From: Macrostomum lignano
Taxonomy: Eukaryota
DNA length: 64,000 bases
Reading direction: 5' to 3'
Assembly (NCBI GenBank): GCA_002269645.1
Contig: NIVC01000392.1
Coordinates: 124,001-188,000, forward strand
Every line of letters begins with the position of its first letter. Position 1 is the stretch's first letter. The position numbers and the translations under genes were made by a program. Below are positions 44,215 through 60,100 of this stretch, piece after piece. The notes beneath the pieces were generated by a model. It did no database searches and had not been told where the DNA came from. It saw only the letters and a list, made by a program, of their open reading frames with translations.

Positions 44215-47200
44215 AATAGATGAATGGATTACTAATCTAACCAACCATATAAATGATGGAATTGAATGGATTGCTAATCTAGCCAACCATATAAATAATG
44301 GAATAGAATGGATTGCTAATCTAGCCAACCATATAAATAATGGAATAGAATGGATTGCTAATCTAGTCAATCATATAAATGATGGAATATAATGGATTGC
44401 TAATCAAGCCAACCATATAAACGATGGAACAGAATGGATTGCTAATCTAGGCAATCATATGAATAATGAATTAGAATGAACTGCTAATCTAACCAACCAT
44501 ATAAATGATGGAATAGAATGGATTGCTAATCTAGCCAACCATATAAATGATGGAATAGAATGGACTGCTAATCTAACCAACCATATAAATGATGGAATAG
44601 AATGGATTGCTAATCTAACCAACCATATAAATAATGGAATAGAATGGATTGCTAATCTAGCCAACCATACAAATGATGGAATAGAATGGACTGCTAATCT
44701 AACCAATCATATGAATAATGAATTAGAATGAACTGCTAATCTAACCAACCATATAAATGATGGAATAGAATGGATTGCTAATCTAGCCAACCATATAAAT
44801 GATGGAATAGAATGGACTGCTAATCTAACCAACCATATAAATGATGGAATAGAATGGATTGCTAATCTAACCAACCATATAAATAATGGAATAGAATGGA
44901 TTGCTAATCTAGCCAACCATACAAATGATGGAATAAAATGGACTGCTAATCTAACCAACCATATAAATGATGGAATAGAATGGATTGCTAACCTAGCCAA
45001 CCATATAAATGATGGAATAGAATGGATTGCTAATCTAGCCAACCATATAAATAATTGAATAGAATGGATTGCTAATCTAGCCAACCATATAAATGATGGA
45101 ATAGAATGGACTGCTAATCTAACCAACCATATAAATGATGGAATAGAATGGACTGCTAATCTAGCCAACCATATAAATAATAGAATAGAATGGACTGCTA
45201 ATCTAACCAACCATATAAATGATGGAATAGAATGGATTGCTAATCTAACCAACCATATAAATAATGGAATAGAATGGATTGCTAATCTAGCCAACCATAC
45301 AAATGATGGAATAGAATGGACTGCTAATCTAACCAACCATATAAATGATGGAATAGAATGGATTGCTAACCTAGCCAACCATATAAACGATGGAACAGAA
45401 TGGATTGCTAATCTAGACAATCATATGAATAATGAATTAGAATGAACTGCTAATCTAACCAACCATATAAATAATGGAATAGAATGGATTGCTAATCTAG
45501 CCAACCATATAAATAATGGAATAGAATGGATTGCTAATCTAGTCAATCATATAAATGATGGAATATAATGGATTGCTAATCTAGCCAACCATATAAACGA
45601 TGGAACAGAATGGATTGCTAATCAAGGCAATCATATGAATAATGAATTAGAATGGACTGCTAATCTAGCCAACCATATAAATGATGGAATATAATGGACT
45701 GCTAATCTAACCAACCATATAAATGATGGAATAGAATGGATTGCTAATCTAGCCAACCATATAAATAATGGAATAGAATGGATTGCTAATCTAGCCAACC
45801 ATATTAATAATGAAATAGAATTAATTGCTAATCTAACCAACCATATGAATGATGGAATTGAATGGATTCCTAATCTAGCCAACCATATAAATGATGGAAT
45901 AGAATGGATTGCTAATCTAGTCAAAAGTATGAATGATGAAAATCTAACCAACCATATAAACGATAGAATAGAATGGATCGCTAATCTAGCCAACCATATG
46001 AGTGATGGAATTAAATGGATTCCTAATCTAGTCAATCATATGAATGATGGAATTAAATGGATTGCTAATCTAACCAACCATATTAATGATGAAATAGAAT
46101 GGACTGCTAATCTAACCAACCATATAAATGATGGAATAGAATGGATTGCTAATCTAACCAACCATATAAATAATGGAATAGAATGGATTGCTAATCTAGC
46201 CAACCATACAAATGATGGAATAGAATGGACTGCTAATCTAACCAACCATATAAATGATGGAATAGAATGGATTGCTAACCTAGCCAACCATATAAATGAT
46301 GGAATAGAATGGATTGCTAATCTAGCCAACCATATAAATAATTGAATAGAATGGATTGCTAATCTAGCCAACCATATAAATGATGGAATAGAATGGACTG
46401 CTAATCTAACCAACCATATAAATGATGGAATAGAATGGACTGCTAATCTAGCCAACCATATAAATAATAGAATAGAATGGACTGCTAATCTAACCAACCA
46501 TATAAATGATGGAATAGAATGGATTGCTAATCTAACCAACCATATGAATGATGGAATTGAATGGATTCCTAATCTAGCCAACCATATAAATGATGGAATA
46601 GAATGGATTGCTAATCTAGTCAAAAGTATGAATGATGAAAATCTAACCAACCATATGAATGATGGAATAGAATGGATTGCTAATCTAGCCAACCATATAA
46701 ATGATGGAATAGAATGGACTGCTAATCTAACCAACCATATAAATGATGGAATAGAATGGATTGCTAATCTAGCCAACCATATAAATGATGGAATAGAATG
46801 GACTGCTAATCTAACCAACCATATAAATGATGGAATAGAATGGATTGCTAATCTAACCAACCATATAAATAATGGAATAGAATGGATTGCTAATCTAGCC
46901 AACCATACAAATGATGGAATAGAATGGACTGCTAATCTAACCAACCATATAAATGATGGAATAGAATGGATTGCTAACCTAGCCAACCATATAAATGATG
47001 GAATAGAATGGATTGCTAATCTAGCCAACCATATAAATAATTGAATAGAATGGATTGCTAATCTAGCCAACCATATAAATGATGGAATAGAATGGACTGC
47101 TAATCTAACCAACCATATAAATGATGGAATAGAATGGACTGCTAATCTAGCCAACCATATAAATAATAGAATAGAATGGACTGCTAATCTAACCAACCAT

Positions 47201-50200
47201 ATAAATGATGGAATAGAATGGATTGCTAATCTAACCAACCATATAAATAATGGAATAGAATGGATTGCTAATCTAGCCAACCATACAAATGATGGAATAG
47301 AATGGACTGCTAATCTAACCAACCATATAAATGATGGAATAGAATGGATTGCTAACCTAGCCAACCATATAAACGATGGAACAGAATGGATTGCTAATCT
47401 AGACAATCATATGAATAATGAATTAGAATGAACTGCTAATCTAACCAACCATATAAATAATGGAATAGAATGGATTGCTAATCTAGCCAACCATATAAAT
47501 AATGGAATAGAATGGATTGCTAATCTAGTCAATCATATAAATGATGGAATATAATGGATTGCTAATCTAGCCAACCATATAAACGATGGAACAGAATGGA
47601 TTGCTAATCAAGGCAATCATATGAATAATGAATTAGAATGGACTGCTAATCTAGCCAACCATATAAATGATGGAATAGAATGGACTGCTAATCTAGCCAA
47701 CCATATAAATAATGGAATAGAATGGATTGCTAATCTAGCCAACCATATTAATAACGAAATAGAATTAATTGCTAATCTAGCCAACCATATTAATAATGAA
47801 ATAGAATTAATTGCTAATCTAACCAACCATATGAATGATGGAATTGAATGGATTCCTAATCTAGCCAACCATATAAATGATGGAATAGAATGGATTGCTA
47901 ATCTAGTCAAAAGTATGAATGATGAAAATCTAACCAACCATATAAACGATAGAATAGAATGGATCGCTAATCTAGCCAACCATATGAGTGATGGAATTAA
48001 ATGGATTCCTAATCTAGTCAATCATATGAATGATGGAATTAAATGGATTGCTAATCTAACCAACCATATTAATGATGAAATAGAATGGACTGCTAATCTA
48101 ACCAACCATATAAATGATGGAATAGAATGGATTGCTAATCTAACCAACCATATAAATAATGGAATAGAATGGATTGCTAATCTAGCCAACCATACAAATG
48201 ATGGAATAGAATGGACTGCTAATCTAACCAACCATATAAATGATGGAATAGAATGGATTGCTAACCTAGCCAACCATATAAATGATGGAATAGAATGGAT
48301 TGCTAATCTAGCCAACCATATAAATAATTGAATAGAATGGATTGCTAATCTAGCCAACCATATAAATGATGGAATAGAATGGACTGCTAATCTAACCAAC
48401 CATATAAATGATGGAATAGAATGGACTGCTAATCTAGCCAACCATATAAATAATAGAATAGAATGGACTGCTAATCTAACCAACCATATAAATGATGGAA
48501 TAGAATGGATTGCTAATCTAACCAACCATATAAATAATGGAATAGAATGGATTGCTAATCTAGCCAACCATACAAATGATGGAATAGAATGGACTGCTAA
48601 TCTAACCAACCATATAAATGATGGAATAGAATGGATTGCTAACCTAGCCAACCATATAAACGATGGAACAGAATGGATTGCTAATCTAGACAATCATATG
48701 AATAATGAATTAGAATGAACTGCTAATCTAACCAACCATATAAATAATGGAATAGAATGGATTGCTAATCTAGCCAACCATATAAATAATGGAATAGAAT
48801 GGATTGCTAATCTAGTCAATCATATAAATGATGGAATATAATGGAATGCTAATCTAGCCAACCATATAAACGATGGAACAGAATGGATTGCTAATCAAGG
48901 CAATCATATGAATAATGAATTAGAATGGACTGCTAATCTAGCCAACCATATAAATGATGGAATAGAATGGACTGCTAATCTAACCAACCATATAAATGAT
49001 GGAATAGAATGGATTGCTAATCTAGCCAACCATATAAATAATGGAATAGAATGGATTGCTAATCTAGCCAACCATATTAATAATGAAATAGAATTAATTG
49101 CTAATCTAACCAACCATATGAATGATGGAATTGAATGGATTCCTAATCTAGCCAACCATATAAATGATGGAATAGAATGGATTGCTAATCTAGTCAAAAG
49201 TATGAATGATGAAAATCTAACCAACCATATAAACGATAGAATAGAATGGATCGCTAATCTAGCCAACCATATGAGTGATGGAATTAAATGGATTCCTAAT
49301 CTAGTCAATCATATGAATGATGGAATTAAATGGATTGCTAATCTAACCAACCATATTAATGATGGAATAGAATGGATTGCTAATCTAGCCAACCATACAA
49401 ATGATGGAATAGAATGGACTGCTAATCTAACCAACCATATAAATGATGGAATAGAATGGATTGCTAACCTAGCCAACCATATAAATGATGGAATAGAATG
49501 GATTGCTAATCTAGCCAACCATATAAATAATTGAATAGAATGGATTGCTAATCTAGCCCACCATATAAATGATGGAATAGAATGGACTGCTAATCTAACC
49601 AACCATATAAATGATGGAATAGAATGGACTGCTAATCTAGCCAACCATATAAATAATAGAATAGAATGGACTGCTAATCTAACCAACCATATAAATGATG
49701 GAATAGAATGGATTGCTAATCTAACCAACCATATAAATAATGGAATAGAATGGATTGCTAATCTAGCCAACCATACAAATGATGGAATAGAATGGACTGC
49801 TAATCTAACCAACCATATAAATGATAGAATAGAATGGATTGCTAACCTAGCCAACCATATAAACGATGGAACAGAATGGATTGCTAATCTAGACAATCAT
49901 ATGAATAATGAATTAGAATGAACTGCTAATCTAACCAACCATATAAATGATGGAATAGAATGGATTGCTAATCTAGCCAACCATATAAATAATGGAATAG
50001 AATGGATTGCTAATCTAGTCAATCATATAAATGATGGAATATAATGGATTGCTAATCTAGCCAACCATATAAACGATGGAACAGAATGGATTGCTAATCA
50101 AGGCAATCATATGAATAATGAATTAGAATGGACTGCTAATCTAGCCAACCATATAAATGATGGAATAGAATGGACTGCTAATCTAACCAACCATATAAAT

Positions 50201-53200
50201 GATGGAATAGAATGGATTGCTAATCTAGCCAACCATATAAATAATGGAATAGAATGGATTGCTAATCTAGCCAACCATATTAATAATGAAATAGAATTAA
50301 TTGCTAATCTAACCAACCATATGAATGATGGAATTGAATGGATTCCTAATCTAGCCAACCATATAAATGATGGAATAGAATGGATTGCTAATCTAGTCAA
50401 AAGTATGAATGATGAAAATCTAACCAACCATATGAATGATGGAATAGAATGGATTGCTAATCTAGCCAACCATATAAATGATGGAATAGAATGGATTGCT
50501 AATCTAGCCAACCATATAAATAATTGAATAGAATGGATTGCTAATCTAGCCAACCATATAAATGATGGAATAGAATGGACTGCTAATCTAACCAACCATA
50601 TAAATGATGGAATAGAATGGACTGCTAATCTAGCCAACCATATAAATAATAGAATAGAATGGACTGCTAATCTAACCAACCATATAAATGATGGAATAGA
50701 ATGGATTGCTAATCTAACCAACCATATAAATAATGGAATAGAATGGATTGCTAATCTAGCCAACCATACAAATGATGGAATAGAATGGACTGCTAATCTA
50801 ACCAACCATATAAATGATGGAATAGAATGGATTGCTAACCTAGCCAACCATATAAACGATGGAACAGAATGGATTGCTAATCTAGACAATCATATGAATA
50901 ATGAATTAGAATGAACTGCTAATCTAACCAACCATATAAATGATGGAATTGAATGGATTGCTAATCTAGCCAACCATATAAATAATGGAATAGAATGGAT
51001 TGCTAATCTAGTCAATCATATAAATGATGGAATATAATGGATTGCTAATCTAGCCAACCATATAAACGATGGAACAGAATGGATTGCTAATCAAGGCAAT
51101 CATATGAATAATGAATTAGAATGGACTGCTATTCTAGCCAACCATATAAATGATGGAATAGAATGGACTGCTAATCTAACCAACCATATAAATGATGGAA
51201 TAGAATGGATTGCTAATCTAGCCAACCATATAAATAATGGAATAGAATGGATTGCTAATCTAGCCAACCATATAATAATGAAATAGAATTAATTGCTAAT
51301 CTAACCAACCATATGAATGATGGAATTGAATGGATTCCTAATCTAGCCAACCATATAAATGATGGAATAGAATGGATTGCTAATCTAGTCAAAAGTATGA
51401 ATGATGAAAATCTAACCAACCATATGAATGATGGAATAGAATGGATTGCTAATCTAGCCAACCATATAAATGATGGAATAGAATGGATTGCTAACCTAGC
51501 CAAACATATAAACGATAGAATAGAATGGATCGCTAATCTAGCCAACCATATGAGTGATGGAATTAAATGGATTCCTAATCTAGTCAATCATATGAATGAT
51601 GGAATTAAATGGATTGCTAATCTAACCAACCATATTAATGATGAAATAGAATGGACTGCTAATCTAACCAACCATATAAATGATGGAATAGAATGGATTG
51701 CTAATCTAGCCAACCATATAAACGATGGAACAGAATGGATTGCTAATCTAGCCAATCATATAAATGATGGAATAGAATGGATTGCTAATCTAACCAACCA
51801 TATGAATGATGGAATAGAATGGATTGCTAATCTAACCAACCATATGAATGATGGAATAGAATGGATTGCTAATCTAACTAACCATATGAATGATGGAATA
51901 GAATGGATTGCTAATCTAACCAACCATATGAATGATGGAATAGAATGGATTGCTAATCTAACCAACCATAGAATGATGGAATAGAATGGATTGCTAATCT
52001 AACCAACCATATGAATGATGGAATAGAATGGATTGCTAATCTAACCAACCATATGAATGATGGAATAGAATGGATTGCTAATCTAGCCAACCATATGAAT
52101 GATGGAATAGAATGGATTGCTAATCTAACCAACCATATGAATGATGGAATAGAATGGATTGCTAATCTAACCAACCATATGAATGATGGAATAGAATGGA
52201 TTGCTAATCTAACCAACCATATGAATGATGGAATAGAATGGATTGCTAATCTAACCAACCATATGAATGATGGAATAGAATGGATTGCTAATCTAACCAA
52301 CCATAGGAATGATGGAATAGAATGGATTGCTAATCTAACCAACCATAGAATGATGGAATAGAATGGATTGCTAATCTAACCAACCATATGAATGATGGAA
52401 TAGAATGGATTGCTAATCTAGCCAACCATATGAATGATGGAATAGAATGGATTGCTAATCTAACCAACCATATGAATGATGGAATAGAATGGATTGCTAA
52501 TCTAACCAACCATATGAATGATGGAATAGAATGGATTGCTAATCTAACCAACCATATGAATGATGGAATAGAATGGATTGCTAATCTAACCAACCATATG
52601 AATGATGGAATAGAATGGATTGCTAATCTAACCAACCATAGGAATGATGGAATAGAATGGATTGCTAATCTAACCAACCATATGAATGATGGAATAGAAT
52701 GGATTGCTAATCTAACCAACCATATGAATGATGGAATAGAATGGATTGCTAATCTAACCAACCATAGGAATGATGGAATAGAATGGATTGCTAATCTAAC
52801 CAACCATATGAATGATGGAATAGAATGGATTGCTAATCTAACCAACCATATGAATGATGGAATAGAATGGATTGCTAATCTAACCAACCATAGAATGATG
52901 GAATAGAATGGATTGCTAATCTAACCAACCATAGGAATGATGGAATAGAATGGATTGCTAATCTAACCAACCATATGAATGATGGAATAGAATGGATTGC
53001 TAATCTAACCAACCATATGAATGATGGAATAGAATGGATTGCTAATCTAACCAACCATATGAATGATGGAATAGAATGGATTGCTAATCTAACCAACCAT
53101 ATGAATGATGGAATAGAATGGATTGCTAATCTAACCAACCATAGGAATGATGGAATAGAATGGATTGCTAATCTAACCAACCATATGAATGATGGAATAG

Positions 53201-53857
53201 AATGGATTGCTAATCTAACCAACCATATGAATGATGGAATAGAATGGATTGCTAATCTAACCAACCATAGGAATGATGGAATAGAATGGATTGCTAATCT
53301 AACCAACCATATGAATGATGGAATAGAATGGATTGCTAATCTAACCAACCATAGAATGATGGAATAGAATGGATTGCTAATCTAACCAACCATAGGAATG
53401 ATGGAATAGAATGGATTGCTAATCTAACCAACCATATGAATGATGGAATAGAATGGATTGCTAATCTAACCAACCATATGAATGATGGAATAGAATGGAT
53501 TGCTAATCTAACCAACCATAGGAATGATGGAATAGAATGGACTGCTAATCTAACCAACCATATGAATGATGGAATAGAATGGATTGCTAATCTAACCAAC
53601 CATAGGAATGATGGAATAGAATGGACTGCTAATCTAACCAACCATAGGAATGATGGAATAGAATGGATTGCTAATCTAACCAACCATATAAATGATGGAA
53701 TAGAATGGACTGCTAATCTAACCAACCATAGGAATGATGGAATAGAATGGATTGCTAATCTAACCAACCATAGGAATGATGGAATAGAATGGACTGCTAA
53801 TCTAACCAACCATAGGAATGATGGAATAGAATGGATTGCTAATCTAACCAACCATAT
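44215..53857. repeat. 42-bp satellite array (~9.6 kb) between the CPT1 paralogs, with higher-order structure
   Basis: Unit AATCTAACCAACCATATGAATGATGGAATAGAATGGATTGCT. Confidence 0.98.
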
Positions 53858-54194
53858 GGATTTTCATTCATGTTATGCATTGAAAAATCAGTACATGTTC
53901 AAACGGAATAGCAAAGCAAGGTACTGGAAACGCAAGTCTGAACAGCAGGTCATAAAATATTAGTAGACTATCTGCATGGATATAATTGTGTTATATTTCT
54001 CGAATTCAGCTTCCAGTTTAAGTACAAACTTAACGGGATAATGTTACAGTATAACGTAGCAATAAATCAAAAAAATATTGCACAGATATTGACAGAATAT
54101 TGCACCAATGTAATAAACTACTCATATAATTATTTAGTTATATTCAACTCATAATAGGCAGGGTTCGCAAAGCAAAATCGACCTCAGACAGCAG

Positions 54195-57100
54195 TCAAAA
54201 CAGATTTTTCACATCCAGCAGAGCCCGGCAGATCTGCTCGCCGAACCGACGGGAGTCCTGCAAAATGATTGATTAGTGCATTAGCTAGGAACAGTGTGTG
54301 CACTGCAACATCAGGATCGCTTGACTGAGATTCGGGAGATTTCGGGATTTAGGAACTAGGAATGCAATTTAGGGATCGCACAATCTTGAAATTTAGCATA
54401 CGAGCGCGTAAGATTTTAGGAACTGAGAATCTGGGATCTGGGATCTGACATCTGGGAGCTGGGATCTGACATCTGGGAGCTGGGATCTCAAGAACTAGGA
54501 TCTGGAGTCTGAGGACCCATGACATAAGGACTAGGGAACTAAGGATCTGAGAATCTGGGATCTGGGATCTGACATCTGACATCTGGGAGCTGGGATCTGA
54601 CATCTGGGAGCTGGGATCTGACATCTGGGTGCTGGGATCTGACATCTGGGAGCTGGGATCTGACATCTGGGTGCTGGGATCTGACATCTGGGAGCTGGGA
54701 TCTGACATCTGGGAGCTGGGATCTGACATCTGGGAGCTGGGATCTCAAGAACTAGGATCTGGAGTCTGAGGACCCATGACCTAAGGACTAGGGAACTAAG
54801 GATCTGAGATCTGAGGATCTGGGATCTGAGGATCTGGGATCTGAGGATCTGGGATCTGAGGATCTGGGATCTGAGGATCTGGGATCTGAGGATCTGGGGA
54901 TCTGGGATCTGAGGATCTGGGATCTGAGGATCTGGGATCTGAGGATCTTGGATCTGGGATCTGAGGATCTTGGATCTGGGATATGACATCTGAGGATATG
55001 ACATCTGAGGATCTGACATCTGAGGATCTGACATCTGAGGATCTGACATCTGAGGATCTCGGATCTGAGGATCTCGGATCTGAGGATCTCGGATCTGAGG
55101 ATCTCGGATCTGAGGATCTCGGATCTGACATCTGAGGATCTGGGATCTGAGGATCTGGGATCTGAGGATCTGGGATCTGGGATCTGGGATCTGAGGATCT
55201 GGGATCTGAGGATCTGAGGATCTGGGATCTGAGGATCTGGGATCTGAGGATCTGGGATCTGAGGATCTGAGGATCTGGGATCTGAGGATCTGGGATCTGG
55301 GATCTGAGGATCTGGGATCTGAGGATCTGGGATCTGAGGATCTCGGATCTGAGGATCTGACATCTGAGGATCTGGGATCTGAGGATCTAACATCTGAGGA
55401 TTTAAGGCACAGCAAAAGCTACACGAACCGTTTTATCCGAGCTGACGCGGCTGCTAACATGGAAGAAGACGGTGTCCTCCCCAGCAATGATGTAGGACAC
55501 ACCGTAACCGTCGTGAGACACGGGCCCGAAGCCGCCACCGGCGCTCAAGAAATCCGGATTCTTGTGCAAATCCATTTTGCTAGTCTGTCCGTGCGGAGTC
55601 TGCGAGGTGGACAGCTTCCACTGGCAGTGCAGCGCCTTCTCCAGGAAAGGCGACTGGGTCTTGCAGTACTTGGACACCACGTACAGGGTGAACAGGTGCC
55701 GGTCCACGCCTTTGCCAGTCATGGCGTCCCGGTACATTGTCTGGTGCTTCTCCGAGGCTTGCCGGAGCAGGCGGACAACTTCCTCATTCTGGAAAAAAAG
55801 AGACAGTTTGAGTAAGTAAAGAGCCAATTTAAATTAACCGATAGGCCGCCACTTGCACTAGCTTAGTCTCGTAAGGAGAGATTGGAGTGTAGTTATAGCT
55901 AGAGTTGGATTAAAGTTTGGGCTTTAGACCTTAACGGAAACAGTTCGTTATAATAACAAAATAAATTCCGATACAAAGCTTTGATTTTTCTCTGGCAACA
56001 ATAGCCTCTTCTTCTAGTCTTTTGTCGGCTGTTTTACTTGCCCTATTATTTAGCTAATTGCTGAACTGTAGGAATTGCAATAGGTATTTATTAAGTGACT
56101 CTCGTTTACTGACTTTTAGGTGGCAAAGGCGGTGCAAAAACTTCCCTGCAGCTATTAATCTTTAACTACTTTTCTTCTCGCTATGATCTGCTGCATCAAT
56201 AGGGTGCATTATAATCTTGTATAGCTTACAGATTCACCAATTCATTAATCTTACAGATTCACCAATTCATTAATCTTACAGATTCACCAATTCATTAATC
56301 TTACAGATTCACCAATTCATTAATCTTACAGATTCACCAATTCATTAATCTTACAGATTCACCAATTCATTAATCTTACAGATTCACCAATTCATTAATC
56401 TTACAGATTCACCAATTCATCAATCTTACAGATTCACCAATTCATTAATCTTACAGATTCACCAATTCATCAATCTTACAGATTCACCAATTCATTAATC
56501 TTACAGATTCACCAATTCATCAATCTTACAGATTCACCAATTCATCAATCTTACAGATTCACCAATTCATTAATCTTACAGATTCACCAATTCATCAATC
56601 TTACAGATTCACCAATTCATTAATCTTACAGATTCACCAATTCATTAATCTTACAGATTCACCAATTCACCAATCTTACAGATTCACCAATTCATTAATC
56701 TTACAGATTCACCAATTCATCAATCTTACAGATTCACCAATTCATTAATCTTACAGATTCACCAATTCATCAATCTTACAGATTCACCAATTCATCAATC
56801 TTACAGATTCACCAATTCATCAATCTTACAGATTCACCAATTCATCAATCTTACAGATTCACCAATTCATCAATCTTACAGATTCACCAATTCATCAATC
56901 TTACACATTCACCAATTCATCAATCTTACAGATTCACCAATTCATTAATCTTACAGATTCACCAATTCACCAATCTTACAGATTCACCAATTCATTAATC
57001 TTACAGATTCACCAATTCATTAATCTTACAGATTCACCAATTCATCAATCTTACAGATTCACCAATTCATCAATCTTACAGATTCACCAATTCATTAATC

Positions 57101-60100
57101 TTACAGATTCACCAATTCACCAATCTTACAGATTCACCAATTCATCAATCTTACAGATTCACCAATCACCAATCTTACAGATTCACCAATTCATCAATCT
57201 TACAGATTCACCAATTCATTAATCTTACAGATTCACCAATTCATTAATCTTACAGATTCACCAATTCATTAATCTTACAGATTAACCAATTCATTAATCT
57301 TACAGATTCACCAATTCATTAATCTTACAGATTCACCAATTCATTAATCCTACAGATTCACCAATTCATTAATCTTACAGATTCACCAATTCATTAATCT
57401 TACAGATTCACCAATTCATTAATCTTACAGATTCACCAATTCATTAATCCTACAGATTCACCAATTCATTAATCTTACAGATTCACCAATTCATCAATCT
57501 TACAGATTCACCAATTCATTAATCTTACAGATTCACCAATTCAATAATCTTACAGATTCACCAATTCATTAATCCTACAGATTCACCAATTCACCAATCT
57601 TTCAGATTTATGAATTCACAAATCCCATAGATTTTTGCCTACTGAATAAAAACATCAAACTTAGGGCAGTCTACGAGTCTACGATTATCCAACTAATGGA
57701 AATCTTAAATTCCAAAGCACCTGAATTATGATTAGTCATTATTACCTAAGAGGATTAAAGATTAAACACAATCAGACAGATAAAAGTCATCTTACACGCC
57801 GGCACTTATCGAAATTACCAAAGTGACAACTAACAGACATAGCTAAATACCGATATTGGATGGATGTCCCCTAATTAAAGAGTACTAACAAAACAAAAAT
57901 CTTACTTACAAAATGAAAACATAGTTTACATATTATCGTCCGGACAATACCTTTCACGTCTACTATGAGTAGAATGAATATAAAATGACTAGTAATATAT
58001 AGTTTAGGTCGGTTATTTTTTCTTTTAACTCTTAGTGTTCTACTTGACTAATAAAGTACACATTTAAAATATAATACTTTCAAATACTTAACTACTATTC
58101 ATATAAGTATAATCACTATTTGTTTCAATTGAATCTAGTGTCTACTGGAATTTCAAATTTCTTGCTAATCAAAATAAAGCTACATTTTGACTGTACTTTT
58201 TTCTGTCAGTAGTGTAATTGTAGTTAGATTTTATTAATAATTAAATTTGAACTTAACTTTCTACTGTCAGTAGTGTAATTAGTTTTTTCTCACTAATTTA
58301 AATAATTTAAATTAAGGCTACATTTTACTTTACTTATTACTGTCAGTAGTGTAATTCGATTACTAACTAATTAAGTCTAGGCTACATTTTACTGTACTTT
58401 CTACTGTCAGTAGCCTATCGAGAACCAGTTGCACAGCGCCGCAGGTGAAACTCACGCTAGCGCCGCTTTCCATAGCGCGAACAAACGCGCACGACTCGTT
58501 GGTGCAGGACCGGACGGTCTCCGTGCGGCCCTCCTTGAACAGCCGGGTCATGGAGGCCTCGTATGTCAGGCAGAACTCGCCGCCGCTGTCCCTGAAGTAC
58601 GCCAGCTGCAGGGCCAGCTGGATGAACGCGTCGGGGCTCATCGAGCAGCGCTTCATGGCGCCTTTGCCGAACTGCCGGTGGACGACCAGGTGAAGGTCGA
58701 CGTCGTTCAGCAGGTCGGTGGCAACGCGAAGCTGGCTGGCGATGACGGAGCGACAGGCGTCGTTGAGGTCCCACTGGAGGCGGATGGGGTTGGGCACGGG
58801 GCCTTTCGGTGTGCCCTTGCAATGACCCGTCGCAGTGTATCTAAAAGCATAAAAATATTCAAGTAGACATGTCAACTAAAATATTTGCTGAAAAATTAAC
58901 GAGCTACTTTAAGTACAAATGTGAGGATTTTTGTAGAAATTTAGTCCTAAGCGGGTAAATGAAATTATGGAATTACCCAGTGTCTGGCACAATGTCATAG
59001 GTGATGACAGCCTCTTCCCACAATTGCGACATTACTGGAGCATCGGCCCTAAAGTAGTAAGGTAAGCTTTTTTATTATCACTAAAATTTCCGTAAAATAA
59101 ATAGCAATAAAATACAACTTTTATATTAAACTTACCAACTGTGTTCTGCGTTGACGCCAATCTGTAACCAGTTAGATAGATGAGCGTAAGATTCACTTGA
59201 TATTATAAATAAAAATTTAAAAAATTATAAATAGACATTTTTACAATACTGTTAATTGTGTCTCGTCAAACCGGTTACCTAGTAGTAGTAGCTAGTAGTT
59301 AGTAGCTAGCTAGCATAGGCCACTTCCGGTCAGAACTACTATTCGTAGGTATCATCAGGGGCCACTTCTGGTCTGAACTGCTATTCATAGGGATTATCAA
59401 GACCACTTCCGGTCTGAACTTTTATCCATAGTGATTATCAGGAGCCACTTCCGGTCTGAATTGTTATCCAAATAGATTATCAGGGGCCACTTCCAGTCTT
59501 AACTGTTATCCATAGGGATTATCATAAGCCACCTACAGTCTGAACTGCTATTTCCTACGAAATCATTTCCGGTCAGGAGAATAATAACTAATGACACTCA
59601 AAATACGCATAATTTCAGCTTAGCTCACCCGTCCATTGGCGAACACGATCAGCGAGAAGGACTTGTCGAACCAGCGGTTCCGCCCGTTGCCATGCAACAG
59701 GCTCTTGGCGAAGTGGTCCAGCTTCGAGTCGTCCTTGGGATCGTAGTCGGCCTCTTCATCGTCCAGTACAAGGACGAACGCCGCCCGCTCCACAGCGTCC
59801 AGACTGGTCTTGTTGACGCCTCGCCTAAAGAAGTCTTTGCGGGCTCGAGCCCAGACCTTCCGCTCGCCTGCCGTCAGGGCCGCCAGCTCCGCCTCGCCTG
59901 GCGCAGGCGGCGACTTGTCGTCAACGATGCGCTGGAACTGCGCCTCCAGCTCGCACGGCTCCAGCCAGCGGTTGCCGTAGTGGAAATACACCTTGTAGAA
60001 TCGGCCAGAGTGGAACACGGCAATGTGCCGCGTGTCGTTCAGGTGCATCAGGTAGTCGCGCTCCTCGCCTGTTCAATTCATAGACAGGTTTATTTTTCAA

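Noticed and set aside
44188-55415. [10 protein letters not shown] / [14 protein letters not shown] / SSDPR repeat ORFs as repeat proteins
   Set aside because: The 42-bp unit is a multiple of 3, so it reads open on both strands; stops and 1-bp deletions are scattered freely, showing no coding constraint.
59318-59575. ETS-site (CACTTCCGGT) enhancer array in CPT1-B intron 4
   Set aside because: The motif is intact in only about half of ~6 degenerate units, which is too weak to separate from chance repeat content.
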